Of a stretch of DNA of 64,000 nt, positions 47,095 to 56,821 are shown piece after piece. The stretch spans positions 458,342 to 522,341 of the forward strand of contig CP066681.1 of NCBI GenBank assembly GCA_016432265.1. Reading direction: 5' to 3'. The number at the start of each line of letters is the position of its first letter. Position 1 is the first letter of the stretch. Origin of the DNA: Micavibrio aeruginosavorus. GTDB taxonomy: Bacteria > Pseudomonadota > Alphaproteobacteria > Micavibrionales > Micavibrionaceae. The position numbers and the translations under genes are program-made. The notes under the pieces are model-generated. The model saw only the letters and a list, made by a program, of their open reading frames with translations. It ran no database searches and was not told the DNA's origin.

Positions 47095-48321
47095 TTACGC
47101 TTCCTTGCGCCGGGCATTCATGACAAAAAGTGTCAGGCTGAGCCCGCCGCCTGCGAGGATAAATAGGCCCAGAACAAGCAAGGCTTGCTGTATACCCCAA
47201 ATATCCGTTATCAGGCCCATGACAGGGCCGATCGGAATAAATGCCAAATTGATCATCAGGCTGGCGGTGGATAGTATGGTTGCCCGGCGCTCCGATGAAA
47301 CCCGCATATTGATGGCGGACTGCACCCGCGGCCAGCCGAATCCCCACATGACAGAGCCGATCAGCAACATTGGCGTGACGGCAATGTTTTTGATCGTTCC
47401 GGCAATCAGGCATGCGCAGACCACAAGAATCAGCATAAACAGGAACATGGTGCGGTTGCGCACATGCCCGTCGAGCATGTGGCCGAGATGTCCGCCCAGA
47501 CCACCCAGGAAAAATCCTGCGGCGGTAAAGAGGCCGTACCATGCTTCGGGCAACTCCAACAGCTGATAGTAGGGCTGCTGAACCCAGAGCATGATCTTGG
47601 TCGACGTAAAAATTACCATCGCGAAGAAAATAACCCCGGCGATTTCCTTATGGCCGTGCAGGGCGTATTTCATAGTATCGAACATGTCGGCTATGGGGTG
47701 CCTTTCCGCTTCCTTATACTCCCGTATCGGCTCAACCATGATCAAAGCGCAGAACATACCCATGGTTTGCGCCAACGCGGTGAGCATAACCGGCAGACTG
47801 TGATTGATCTGGTAAAGGAATCCTCCGGTCAGGCTGGCAAATGCCAGTGAGTAAAGGCTGCAGCCATGGCGCAGTCCTTCCAGCCGGCGATAATATTCCT
47901 GCCGACCGTCTTGCAGCAGCGAGTCGTAAAGCATCGCGCTGTTGGTTCCCGAGATCAAACTAACGCCGATGCCGGTCAGGATTTCTCCAAAGGTGGCGTC
48001 TGCAAAACTATCGGCAAGAAAGAGCCATGAAAAGCCGGAGGCAGTAAAGAATAATCCCGCTGCAAGCGTATGTTTTCGACTCCAGAGGTCGGAGAGCCAT
48101 CCGGAAGGAACTTCCATGGCGATGACTGTGGCGCAGAAAATCGCTTCGATGATCATGAAATCCTTGAAGGTCAAGCCGATTTCATCCTGATAGTAAAGAA
48201 TCAGTACAGGCAGGAAGAATATCGCGCTTTGGCAACACTGCATCATCAGGATCAGGCGCGTATTGCGTTCGCTGACGCTCATATCGTTTATGTGTAAGAA
48301 TTTTTCCATGTCTTTCACCAT
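47095..48321 (-). CDS. MFS transporter
   Basis: 12 TM helices with an MFS-like loop 2-3 motif (SGWLSDLWSRKHTL). Confidence 0.75.
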   Translation of the reverse strand: MVKDMEKFLHINDMSVSERNTRLILMMQCCQSAIFFLPVLILYYQDEIGLTFKDFMIIEAIFCATVIAMEVPSGWLSDLWSRKHTLAAGLFFTASGFSWLFLADSFADATFGEILTGIGVSLISGTNSAMLYDSLLQDGRQEYYRRLEGLRHGCSLYSLAFASLTGGFLYQINHSLPVMLTALAQTMGMFCALIMVEPIREYKEAERHPIADMFDTMKYALHGHKEIAGVIFFAMVIFTSTKIMLWVQQPYYQLLELPEAWYGLFTAAGFFLGGLGGHLGHMLDGHVRNRTMFLFMLILVVCACLIAGTIKNIAVTPMLLIGSVMWGFGWPRVQSAINMRVSSERRATILSTASLMINLAFIPIGPVMGLITDIWGIQQALLVLGLFILAGGGLSLTLFVMNARRKEA

Positions 48322-48926
48322 CGTATAGCTAAATCGGGTAACCCGTTTGCGTCAAAGCGGGCGTAACGGTACTGATCCACAACAGTACTGTCAGGCAGGG
48401 TCGTGCCGAAACGTTCAACTGATTCCAGCGTATAGCCCAGCCTGTGGATGACAGCAGCGCTCGCTTCGTTTCCGGCTGCGTGCGTTATTATAACTTTACG
48501 CGCTGCCAGCGCCTGAAAAGCGAATCGAGTTAGCGCGTTCGCGGCTTCCGTAGCGTAACCTTGGCCACGGGCCGATGTCGGTACCCAGTACCCGATTTCA
48601 AAGATGCGGGCATGCCAGTTATTTCGATGCAGGCCGGTAAATACAACCGGCTTGCCGGTTGTGCGGTCAAAAGCCAGCATCATCAGGTCGGTTCTCAGGA
48701 TAAAGCGGGCTTGCGCTTCACGCATGACAGCTTCATCGGCGGACGGATCGGGTTCCCCGGTGGCCCAGTCCATCCAGCGTGTCAGATCTGCCCAGGTTTC
48801 TCTCTTGGCTTCCGTGACCCGTATGCCATCTCCCGGCTGAGGGGGACGTATGGTCAGGCGATCGGTCTCAACCGGCATGGGGATGTCGATCAGTACCGGG
48901 TTTATTCTTGTGATAGGCGTCGTCAT
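48315..48926 (-). CDS. GNAT-family N-acetyltransferase (RimJ/RimL-like)
   Basis: IGYWVPTSARGQGYATEAANALTRFAF is a RimJ/L-type acetyl-CoA motif. Confidence 0.75.
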   Translation of the reverse strand: MTTPITRINPVLIDIPMPVETDRLTIRPPQPGDGIRVTEAKRETWADLTRWMDWATGEPDPSADEAVMREAQARFILRTDLMMLAFDRTTGKPVVFTGLHRNNWHARIFEIGYWVPTSARGQGYATEAANALTRFAFQALAARKVIITHAAGNEASAAVIHRLGYTLESVERFGTTLPDSTVVDQYRYARFDANGLPDLAIRW

Positions 48927-49336
48927 AAGTTTGTCTCCTTTGCGCTGTTTTAACGAAAGGCCGACAATCGAGAGTCTATCAGGCGGGGGTCTTCAAGAGT
49001 TCACTGTCAGCTTTTCGGGGGGTGCTGACAGTAAAAATCCTGTCAGCTAGTTCGACCGCTGGTTTCATAAACCACGGCAGAAAATCCTTTATTTGCAACG
49101 GGTTGTCCGGTGCAAAGGGGCCAGTTCTGCGGGCTGTGAATCGTGCGGGCTGACATATTTGTCTTTCCTCTTCAGTGTTCAGTCAAACACGCCGTACGGG
49201 GGTCTGTCACGATTTTTCTGCGGGAGCGAAGAAAAATGCCTCCCCATCAAATATTTTCTTGTGAAAGGCAGCCCATCTGTTATTTTATATGTAAAATATA
49301 AGGCGGCGCGTCACAGGCAGGATCGCAATCGTTATC

Positions 49337-50407
49337 ATGAGCAACCCATACTTCAGCCAGACTTATCGCGAAGCGCGCGACAAATTTCTGCAGGCATCCT
49401 CATCATTTTTGCAGTCGTCTTACCGGCTTACCGGCTTGCAGGGGCCTGACGGGGGTTCGCTATATACCGATGTGGCTTATTGCGGGAACCCCGGGGCTGA
49501 TAAGATGCTGGTCGTTTCTTCGGGTTTGCATGGGATAGAAGGTTTTGCCGGGTCAGCCGTTCAGGGCAGTGTTCTTGCGCGCATGAAGCAAACATCTCTG
49601 CCCGATGATGTGGCGCTGCTCTTTGTACATGCTCTGAACCCCTATGGTTTCGCCCATGATATGAGAACCAATGCCGATAACATAGACCTCAACCGTAACT
49701 TTCACGACTGGGCTAAAGGCAGACCGGCAGATCACAGGCTGGCCGGTGAGGTTCAGGATATCCTGTTTGATCCTTCGCTGTGGCGGCGCTGTGTGCGTGT
49801 CGGGATGTTTCTGGCGTGCCATGGTCTGGCCACGGCACAAGCTGCCCTGACACAAGGCCAGTATACTAATCCGCAAGGCCTGTTTTACGGGGGGCAAGGG
49901 CCAAGCGCCGAGGCAAGGTTATGGCGGGGCCTTATGCATTTGCACGGTCATAATAAGACGCATATTGCCCACATCGACTTGCATACAGGACTGGGGCCGC
50001 GGGGGTATGGTGAAATCATCGTCGCGGACGGGCCCGGCTCCCTTATGTTTAATAGATCGGCGCAATGGTGGGGGGCGGTGACCTCGTTGCAGGACGGCAG
50101 TTCCGTATCGGCGCAAGTCAGCGGCGACATTGCCGGAAGCTTCAACCGCGCGGCATGTGGCAAGACGCATACGCTGGCAGCGCTTGAATTTGGCACAGTC
50201 CCTGGTTTTCAGGTCGTCAAAGCCTTGTTGGCCGAGAATCAGGCGCGACTGCATGGCCGTGGCAATTTGAAAGACGCTCGTCAGAAAATGAGAGAGGCCT
50301 TCTATCCCCGGGATCCCTTATGGCAGGAAAGTGTCCTTGCCAGAGGGGGGCAGGTCGTTCAGTTGGCTGTGGCCGGTTTACGGACGCTTAATCCTGAGTC
50401 GTTCTAA
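49337..50407 (+). CDS. M14-like zinc carboxypeptidase / succinylglutamate-desuccinylase-aspartoacylase superfamily protein (DUF2817-like)
   Basis: SSGLHGIEGFAG (HxxE zinc site), NPYGF and a DLHTG distal His. Confidence 0.55.
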   Translation: MSNPYFSQTYREARDKFLQASSSFLQSSYRLTGLQGPDGGSLYTDVAYCGNPGADKMLVVSSGLHGIEGFAGSAVQGSVLARMKQTSLPDDVALLFVHALNPYGFAHDMRTNADNIDLNRNFHDWAKGRPADHRLAGEVQDILFDPSLWRRCVRVGMFLACHGLATAQAALTQGQYTNPQGLFYGGQGPSAEARLWRGLMHLHGHNKTHIAHIDLHTGLGPRGYGEIIVADGPGSLMFNRSAQWWGAVTSLQDGSSVSAQVSGDIAGSFNRAACGKTHTLAALEFGTVPGFQVVKALLAENQARLHGRGNLKDARQKMREAFYPRDPLWQESVLARGGQVVQLAVAGLRTLNPESF

Positions 50408-50586
50408 AAATCCACGCATTTGCCGTTCAGTTCCCAATCGCCGTAGCGCGTGGGTTCCAGCCCCTTGCGGCCTCCTTTTTCGATTTCCTTGCCAATGGTT
50501 TCGACAGATCTGGAAATCTTTGTATTTTCCTCAATTTTCTTTGCGGCAGGGTGGGGTGAAGACTGGTTTTGCTTTTGTGTGCTCAT
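50404..50586 (-). CDS. DUF1674 small protein
   Basis: The C-terminal PTRYGDWELNGKCVDF is the DUF1674 signature common in alphaproteobacteria. Confidence 0.55.
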   Translation of the reverse strand: MSTQKQNQSSPHPAAKKIEENTKISRSVETIGKEIEKGGRKGLEPTRYGDWELNGKCVDF

Positions 50587-50632
50587 GGTCTTAATATGGC
50601 CATGGCAACAAAAGAAGCAATAGAGTATTTTT

Positions 50633-50944
50633 ATGGAAGTTATGAAACCTTACCGCCGTCGGATTGATACGCTTGACGACAAGATTATCGATTTGCTGGT
50701 TGAACGCATCGGCATTATCCGCGAAGTCGGGCACTTCAAATACGACAATGATATCCCGGCGGTCTTGCCGGATCGTGTGATCGAGGTGCGCGAGCGCGCT
50801 GCCGAACGGGCGGCGCTTAAGGGGCTCGATCCTGAACTGGTGCGCCAGCTTTACAGCATTATTATCAATTATAGCTGTAACCTGGAAGAAGAGATCAAGG
50901 CGGATCTGGCCCGTTCCGGACGGCAGAAAATCGCGTCTTTTTGA
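50633..50944 (+). CDS. Chorismate mutase (AroQ class)
   Basis: RRRIDTLDDKIIDLLVERIGIIREVGHFK fits the AroQ motif R..ID.ID..L..LL..R..L...V...K. Confidence 0.75.
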   Translation: MEVMKPYRRRIDTLDDKIIDLLVERIGIIREVGHFKYDNDIPAVLPDRVIEVRERAAERAALKGLDPELVRQLYSIIINYSCNLEEEIKADLARSGRQKIASF

Positions 50945-52278
50945 TGGTGCCGCGCTCTTCTATCGATTCCCCGCCCAACTCGCGAAACGAGGCGCTTTCG
51001 GCCCGTCTGGTTGCCTTGCAACTGCTTTGCGACGTTCTGGATAAGAAAACGCCGCTCGATCAGGCGCTGGATTCGATGGCGGCTTTCCGCATGCTTTCTG
51101 CGCGTGATCGGGCGTTTGCACGGATGCTGGTGGCGACCACCTTGCGTCGTCTGGGCCAGATTGACAATTTGATCACCCGGATGAGCGAGCGCGCCACGCC
51201 ACCCTCTTTATTGATTATCCACCACATTTTGCGTCTGGGCGCCACGCAGATATTTTTCATGGATGTTCCGGTTTACGCTGCTGTTGATACGGCTGTGCGC
51301 ATGGCGGAAGAGAAGGGACTGGCGCGCCTTAAAGGATTTGTGAATGCCATTTTGCGTCGCATGGATCGCGAGGGCCGTGAGATCGTGAATGCACAAGACG
51401 AAGTAAGCCTGAACATCCCTGACTGGCTTTACCGGATATGGGTTGCCGACTATGGGGCGGAGGAGGCTTCCCTGATCGCGCAGGCTCTGCTGGCAGAGGC
51501 TCCGCTTGACATCACGGTCAAGGATCAGGCGATGCTGCCCTATTGGGCTGCGCAGCTTGAAGGGACTATTATGCCGGGCGGCTCTATCCGGCGCGTCGCT
51601 GGGGGAATGGTTACGGATTTGCCCGGTTATAATGAGGGTATATGGTGGATTCAGGATCTATCGGCGTCGCTGCCTGCAAAATTGTTAGGGGATGTCAAGG
51701 GTAGAACTGTGATAGATCTGTGCGCGGCGCCCGGCGGAAAGACCGCGCAGTTGGCCGTCGCCGGCGCGCGCGTCACCGCCTTAGACCGCTCCCGCAATCG
51801 TTTGCGCCGTCTGGAAGAAAATATGAAGCGGCTGCATTTGGATGTCATGGCGGAGGCGGCCGACGCTACGGTCTGGCAGCCTGAGTCACAAGCCGATTTT
51901 GTGTTGCTGGATGCTCCTTGTTCGGCGACAGGGACGATCCGGCGTCACCCGGATGTATTGCACCTGAAACGTCCGCAGGACATCGATGCGCTGGCCGATC
52001 TGCAGGCCCGCCTGCTGGAACGGGCCTCGTCCATGTTAACCGCCGACGGGGTGTTGATTTATTGCACATGCTCTTTGCAAAAATCAGAAGGTGAGGCCCG
52101 TATAGAGGCGTTCTTGCGTGCGCATCCGGACATGATTCGTCATCCCATACGTGATCATGAGATTATCGGTCTTGAGATGTGCCTGACGGCTGTGGGCGAC
52201 ATGCGCATTCTCCCTCATCACCATCAGGATTCGGGCGGGATGGATGGATTTTACATTTGCCGCTTACAGAAGCGTTGA
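50941..52278 (+). CDS. rsmB: 16S rRNA (cytosine-C5) methyltransferase RsmB/Sun
   Basis: N-terminal NusB-like domain and a C-terminal SAM MTase with DLCAAPGGKT and the PCS..G active-site Cys motif. Confidence 0.8.
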   Translation: MMVPRSSIDSPPNSRNEALSARLVALQLLCDVLDKKTPLDQALDSMAAFRMLSARDRAFARMLVATTLRRLGQIDNLITRMSERATPPSLLIIHHILRLGATQIFFMDVPVYAAVDTAVRMAEEKGLARLKGFVNAILRRMDREGREIVNAQDEVSLNIPDWLYRIWVADYGAEEASLIAQALLAEAPLDITVKDQAMLPYWAAQLEGTIMPGGSIRRVAGGMVTDLPGYNEGIWWIQDLSASLPAKLLGDVKGRTVIDLCAAPGGKTAQLAVAGARVTALDRSRNRLRRLEENMKRLHLDVMAEAADATVWQPESQADFVLLDAPCSATGTIRRHPDVLHLKRPQDIDALADLQARLLERASSMLTADGVLIYCTCSLQKSEGEARIEAFLRAHPDMIRHPIRDHEIIGLEMCLTAVGDMRILPHHHQDSGGMDGFYICRLQKR

Positions 52279-52443
52279 CAAGCTGTTTTACTCTCCATAA
52301 GTCATTTACCTATCTATAAAAGCTTATTTCTTTTCTTGTTTTCGCAGGAAAAGGCTCTTGCCGCATGGCGACTGATCCCGCAAGATTGACGCACAAATAA
52401 AATCCGGCACGACCGGATTGATAAAATATACAGGGAGTATCAC

Positions 52444-54060
52444 ATGTCGCGTCATCAGGGAGAGGCTTCTGGCCGCTCAATCCCTTCTATTGCCAAAAAG
52501 CCAACCTGCAGACCATCATTAACCGCTCTTTTTATAGCTGCTGCGATGCTGACGTCGGCGGCACCGGCGATTGCGGATACGGCGGTGGGGCAACCTCTCA
52601 AATTCAAGCCGGGTAACGACAATCAAGTCAGCGCGGCGACGACTCTTGTCGTGCAGCCTTCGGAGACCGCGCTATCGAGGCGTGTTGCTGAGCTACAGCA
52701 ACGTTTTGGCAATCTGGTGCGCGATGTCAAGTTGGTCGTCATTGATAAGGACTGGTTTCAGAAGAATGCCGTTTTGAACGGCGTTCCGCCTTACCAATAT
52801 GCGCTGCCTCCGGCGCAGGCGCAAACTGTGCGGCAACTGACGGAGGAGTTTGTGCGCAGCCGCAGCGGTTTGCCTTTTCCGGCGGAGTCGTTTACCGGCC
52901 TTGAGAAAGACATGCTGAGCGCCGAGGCCCAGTCATACAGGAGGCCTTATGGTGAAACAGAGCGGGATATTGAAGGGGGGCAACAGAATATATGCCTGCT
53001 ATTTCCGCATTACGCCGATTGGGATCGCGATTTCTATTACAGGACTTTGCTGGGTCTCAATCCGGCAATTCATGGTGACATCGCTCGGGCACCATTGCGG
53101 GATCCGCAAAGCCTTGAGTTTTTGAAACGTTTTGTTGATTATCACGAAATAGGTCATTGCTACGACCGTTGGAACGTCCCTCAGATGGCGCGGGCGCAAA
53201 ATGGCGGCCAGTTCCTGACAAACCGTCATAGGGCTGAAGTTTTCGCCGAAGTGTTTGCCAATTTGATGCTGGCGCGTGACGGTTATGCCGGGTTTTCGCA
53301 GAAACAGGCCGACTTCCGGTTGGCTATTGCCGGGCTTTCGGGGCCTGTCAAGGCGACTCTGTCGAGCCCGCGCGAGGTCGATTTTTACATGACGTCCGTT
53401 TACCTGTTGCACGAAGGTTCGCGGAACGCGGGGATGGAGATCGAAAGATTGGGAAACGCCCGGTTGCAAGCTATGAACATGGAAGAGATTTTGAACATGA
53501 CGAACGAAATCACGAATCGCTCCGTTCTGGATCTTCAGGACGTGTCGGCAGCAGTCGGTTACATGATGTATAATGCTTATGATTTCACCAGTTGGGAAGA
53601 GGCGCGCCTGACCAACCCGGTCATTGAGCGGCGATATCAGATTGCGCAGCGCCTCAAGGCCGATATGGAGAGCGCGGTGCAACGTACCCTTGATCTGGGT
53701 GCTCGTAGCCAACCTGTTTTGCAACCTTCCAGTTTTAATTTTGAACGCGTGCCAACATCATCGTTGGACGCGTCCGCGCTGCAGACGCGTGTCCGCGAAC
53801 TGGCGAACGATTTGCAAGCGCGCATGGGCTTCAACCGTTCGCGTGAAAACCTGATCCGGGTGTATGCCGAACGCAAGGATGAATTACGCCGCACCCTTGA
53901 AGGGGCGGACGCCGCCGCCCGGGAACGAGCCGTGGTCGACCTCAGGCTCATGATGATGGCCTTGCGTCAGGTTTACGATTCTCTCCCGCTGACAGCAACT
54001 CCGACCCGGATCAGCTATCAAATGCATGGTTTGCAGACGACCATGAAGCTGGCGGCCTGA
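52444..54060 (+). CDS. Secreted hypothetical protein with an HExxH motif (putative zinc metallopeptidase-like)
   Basis: Signal peptide ...LTALFIAAAMLTSAAPAIA; FVDYHEIGHCYDRW contains HEIGH. No family could be assigned by eye. Confidence 0.5.
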   Translation: MSRHQGEASGRSIPSIAKKPTCRPSLTALFIAAAMLTSAAPAIADTAVGQPLKFKPGNDNQVSAATTLVVQPSETALSRRVAELQQRFGNLVRDVKLVVIDKDWFQKNAVLNGVPPYQYALPPAQAQTVRQLTEEFVRSRSGLPFPAESFTGLEKDMLSAEAQSYRRPYGETERDIEGGQQNICLLFPHYADWDRDFYYRTLLGLNPAIHGDIARAPLRDPQSLEFLKRFVDYHEIGHCYDRWNVPQMARAQNGGQFLTNRHRAEVFAEVFANLMLARDGYAGFSQKQADFRLAIAGLSGPVKATLSSPREVDFYMTSVYLLHEGSRNAGMEIERLGNARLQAMNMEEILNMTNEITNRSVLDLQDVSAAVGYMMYNAYDFTSWEEARLTNPVIERRYQIAQRLKADMESAVQRTLDLGARSQPVLQPSSFNFERVPTSSLDASALQTRVRELANDLQARMGFNRSRENLIRVYAERKDELRRTLEGADAAARERAVVDLRLMMMALRQVYDSLPLTATPTRISYQMHGLQTTMKLAA

Positions 54061-54192
54061 TTTTTTTCGCTTTTTCTGTGAATGGAAGGTGAAAACTCCT
54101 TCCCGATTTGTTATATTTGCACATAAGGGCGTTGCCGCCTTTATGCCTTCCCCTTACCATTTCACAGAATTTTATCATAAAATTGCATAACT

Positions 54193-54858
54193 ATGACAAC
54201 TGCGTCTGAAATCCGCATCGCGCCTTCGATTCTGTCCGCTGACTTTGCCCGGCTGGGTGAAGAGGTGGCGGCGATTGATGCGGCGGGAGCCGACTATATC
54301 CATGTTGATGTAATGGATGGCCATTATGTGCCGAACCTGACGATTGGCCCGGGCGTCGTCAAGGCGTTGCGCCCGCATTCCCGAAAAGTTTTTGACGTTC
54401 ACCTGATGATTTCGCCTGTTGATCCTTTTATCGAGGCGTTTGCGAATGCCGGGGCTGACATCATTACGATCCACCCCGAAGCCGCGCCTCATTTTCATCG
54501 TACCTTGCAAGCGATCAGGGCGCTGGGGAAAAAAGCCGGGGTGGCGCTTAACCCCGGTACGCCGACGGATGTGCTGGATCACGTCATGCCGCTGGTGGAT
54601 CTGGTGCTGGTGATGACGGTCAACCCCGGCTTTGGAGGTCAGGCTTATATCTCGCTGCCGGAGAAGATCATTGACGTTCGGCGCCGTATCGCAACCATGG
54701 GGAGAGCCATCGACCTTGAGGTCGATGGCGGGATCACGCCTGAAACCGCTAAAGAAGCGATCAAGGCCGGAGCCAACGTGCTGGTCGCGGGGACGGCTGT
54801 CTTCAAGGATGGGCCGGCGCGTTATGCCGATCGTATCCGTGCGATCCGAGGGGGCTGA
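54193..54858 (+). CDS. rpe: Ribulose-phosphate 3-epimerase
   Basis: IAPSILSADFARLGEEV...DYIHVDVMDGHYVPNLT...VMTVNPGFGGQ are classic Rpe motifs. Confidence 0.9.
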   Translation: MTTASEIRIAPSILSADFARLGEEVAAIDAAGADYIHVDVMDGHYVPNLTIGPGVVKALRPHSRKVFDVHLMISPVDPFIEAFANAGADIITIHPEAAPHFHRTLQAIRALGKKAGVALNPGTPTDVLDHVMPLVDLVLVMTVNPGFGGQAYISLPEKIIDVRRRIATMGRAIDLEVDGGITPETAKEAIKAGANVLVAGTAVFKDGPARYADRIRAIRGG

Positions 54859-54864
54859 GGCGTC

Positions 54865-56505
54865 ATGGTGGCTCGCGTTCCCGCTCTTCGTCATTTGCGT
54901 CAGAAAGCCTCTCATGCGGCTTTCAACACAGCGTTTTATAACTGGACACTGGGTAATGACTCTTCTCATGACTTGATTGTGCGGCCTGTCGATCCGTGGC
55001 CGGGCAACCCGGCATTGGGCCGCGGTCTGTGCGGCGGAGCCTTCGTGCTTGAAGGTCAGGAAAAACAAGTGGGTCGCCGCTTGTGGGAACCGTCGCAATT
55101 ATCTCTGGCCTGGCTCAATCACCTGCATGGCTTTGAATGGCTGCGCGATTTGCGTTCTCTCGGCGGCGACCAGGGCCGCGCACAGGCACGCGACCTGATT
55201 TCGGACTGGATGAATCGTTTCAGCGGTTGGGATGCCAGCGCCTGGCAGCCGGATATCACCGGGTTGCGTGTCGCCAACTGGATCATGCTGTATGAATTCT
55301 TTGGCGCCAGCGCTGATGAGGAATTTCAGGATCGTTTTTTCCTGGCTCTCTTGCGGCAATCCCGCCACCTTGCCCGCGCTCTGCCGGGTACATTGCACGG
55401 CTTGCCGTTGTTGCAAGGGATTCGTGGGTTGATTCTGGCGGGGTTGGCCGTGTCCGGGCATGAAAGCTGGCTTATCCAGGGACTTGATCTGCTTGAATCG
55501 GAAACTGATAAACAGATCCTTAGCGATGGCGGGCATATCAGCCGTTCCCCCGCTGTATTGCTCGAGGTTTTGCGGGTTTATGTCGACGTCAGAATTGCGC
55601 TGCGCGCTGGCGGTTATCCTGTGCCCGAGCAAATCGAGCATACGATAGACCGCATGGCGCAGGCGATGCGCTTCTTCCGTCATGCCGACAAGAAACTTAC
55701 GACTTTTCATGGAACGCAGGAGCTCGACAGCGTCTATGCCGACACGATTCTTGCCCACGCCAACGCGCGCGGCAGGATTTTGCGCAATTTGCCGCATAGC
55801 GATTATGAACGCGTGACGCTGGGTCGCAGTGTGATGACGATGGACGTGGGATCTCCGCCGCCATGGCCGTATGACAATGTGGCTCATGCCAGCCCGCTCG
55901 CGTTCGAATTTATCTACGGCAAGGAACGCATCTTCGTTTCCTGTGGCACGCACCCGATGGATGATGACTGGCGCAACGTTCTGCGCGGCACGGCGGCGCA
56001 TAACACGATCATGCTGGATGATCGCAATTCATGCGAGATCAAATCCGACGGTCATATGGGTCGCCGCCCGCGCACGGTTTCTTCAACGCGCGAGGAAGGT
56101 TTGTATGCGACATTGATCGACGCTGTGCATGACGGTTACGTGCCAGTGAACGGCATCACGCATCGTCGCCGGCTTTATCTGGGCGATCAGGGCCATGATC
56201 TGCGCGGGGAAGAGAATTTGACCTGCACGGTAGGGTTGACCAGATTGGCCGTTGTCACTGCCCGCTTCCATTTGCATCCCAAGGTGCAGGTATCCTTGAT
56301 CCGCGAAGGGGAAGAGGCTCTTCTGCGTTTGCCCGGCGGTTCGGGTTGGCGTTTTTATTTTACCGGCGGGACGTTGTCTTTGGAAAATAGTGTCTACTTC
56401 GGGGAAGGTTGCGAGATGCGCAAGACCAAACAACTGGTTATCAGCGCCGCCATGGAAACCGATACGTTGCAGCTGAAATGGGCGCTGCAAAGGGAAGGCG
56501 TATAG
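54865..56505 (+). CDS. Heparinase II/III-family protein
   Basis: 546 aa. An alpha/alpha toroid-like N-terminal region and C-terminal beta region with heparinase II/III-like blocks (WLNHLHGFEWLRDL, ...HAHADxL-like). It is a conserved neighbour of rpe in many alphaproteobacteria. Confidence 0.7.
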   Translation: MVARVPALRHLRQKASHAAFNTAFYNWTLGNDSSHDLIVRPVDPWPGNPALGRGLCGGAFVLEGQEKQVGRRLWEPSQLSLAWLNHLHGFEWLRDLRSLGGDQGRAQARDLISDWMNRFSGWDASAWQPDITGLRVANWIMLYEFFGASADEEFQDRFFLALLRQSRHLARALPGTLHGLPLLQGIRGLILAGLAVSGHESWLIQGLDLLESETDKQILSDGGHISRSPAVLLEVLRVYVDVRIALRAGGYPVPEQIEHTIDRMAQAMRFFRHADKKLTTFHGTQELDSVYADTILAHANARGRILRNLPHSDYERVTLGRSVMTMDVGSPPPWPYDNVAHASPLAFEFIYGKERIFVSCGTHPMDDDWRNVLRGTAAHNTIMLDDRNSCEIKSDGHMGRRPRTVSSTREEGLYATLIDAVHDGYVPVNGITHRRRLYLGDQGHDLRGEENLTCTVGLTRLAVVTARFHLHPKVQVSLIREGEEALLRLPGGSGWRFYFTGGTLSLENSVYFGEGCEMRKTKQLVISAAMETDTLQLKWALQREGV

Positions 56506-56821
56506 AATTCAGGGCTTAAGAAAAGCCCCATGAAAAACAAGAGGAGTTTTCCTCCAAAATCAAATCTCAAGATCCTTCAGCCTGATTCTACCCGCCATCA
56601 TTCGCTTTTTTTCCTGTTCGGTTACATTTAATTGAGCAGCAACCTCTTCCTTGAACTGTTGCGGCTCAAAATTTGTCGCCAACAAGCTGCATTTTACTGT
56701 GGAACCTCCTTAAATTATTAATTATGACAATTTTCATTACCGCCAACTCGGCATGCTCAACAAAAGTTGATATTGTTCACTTTTTGTTCTAGTTTATATC
56801 TGAGGTTAGGGGCGAATCATC

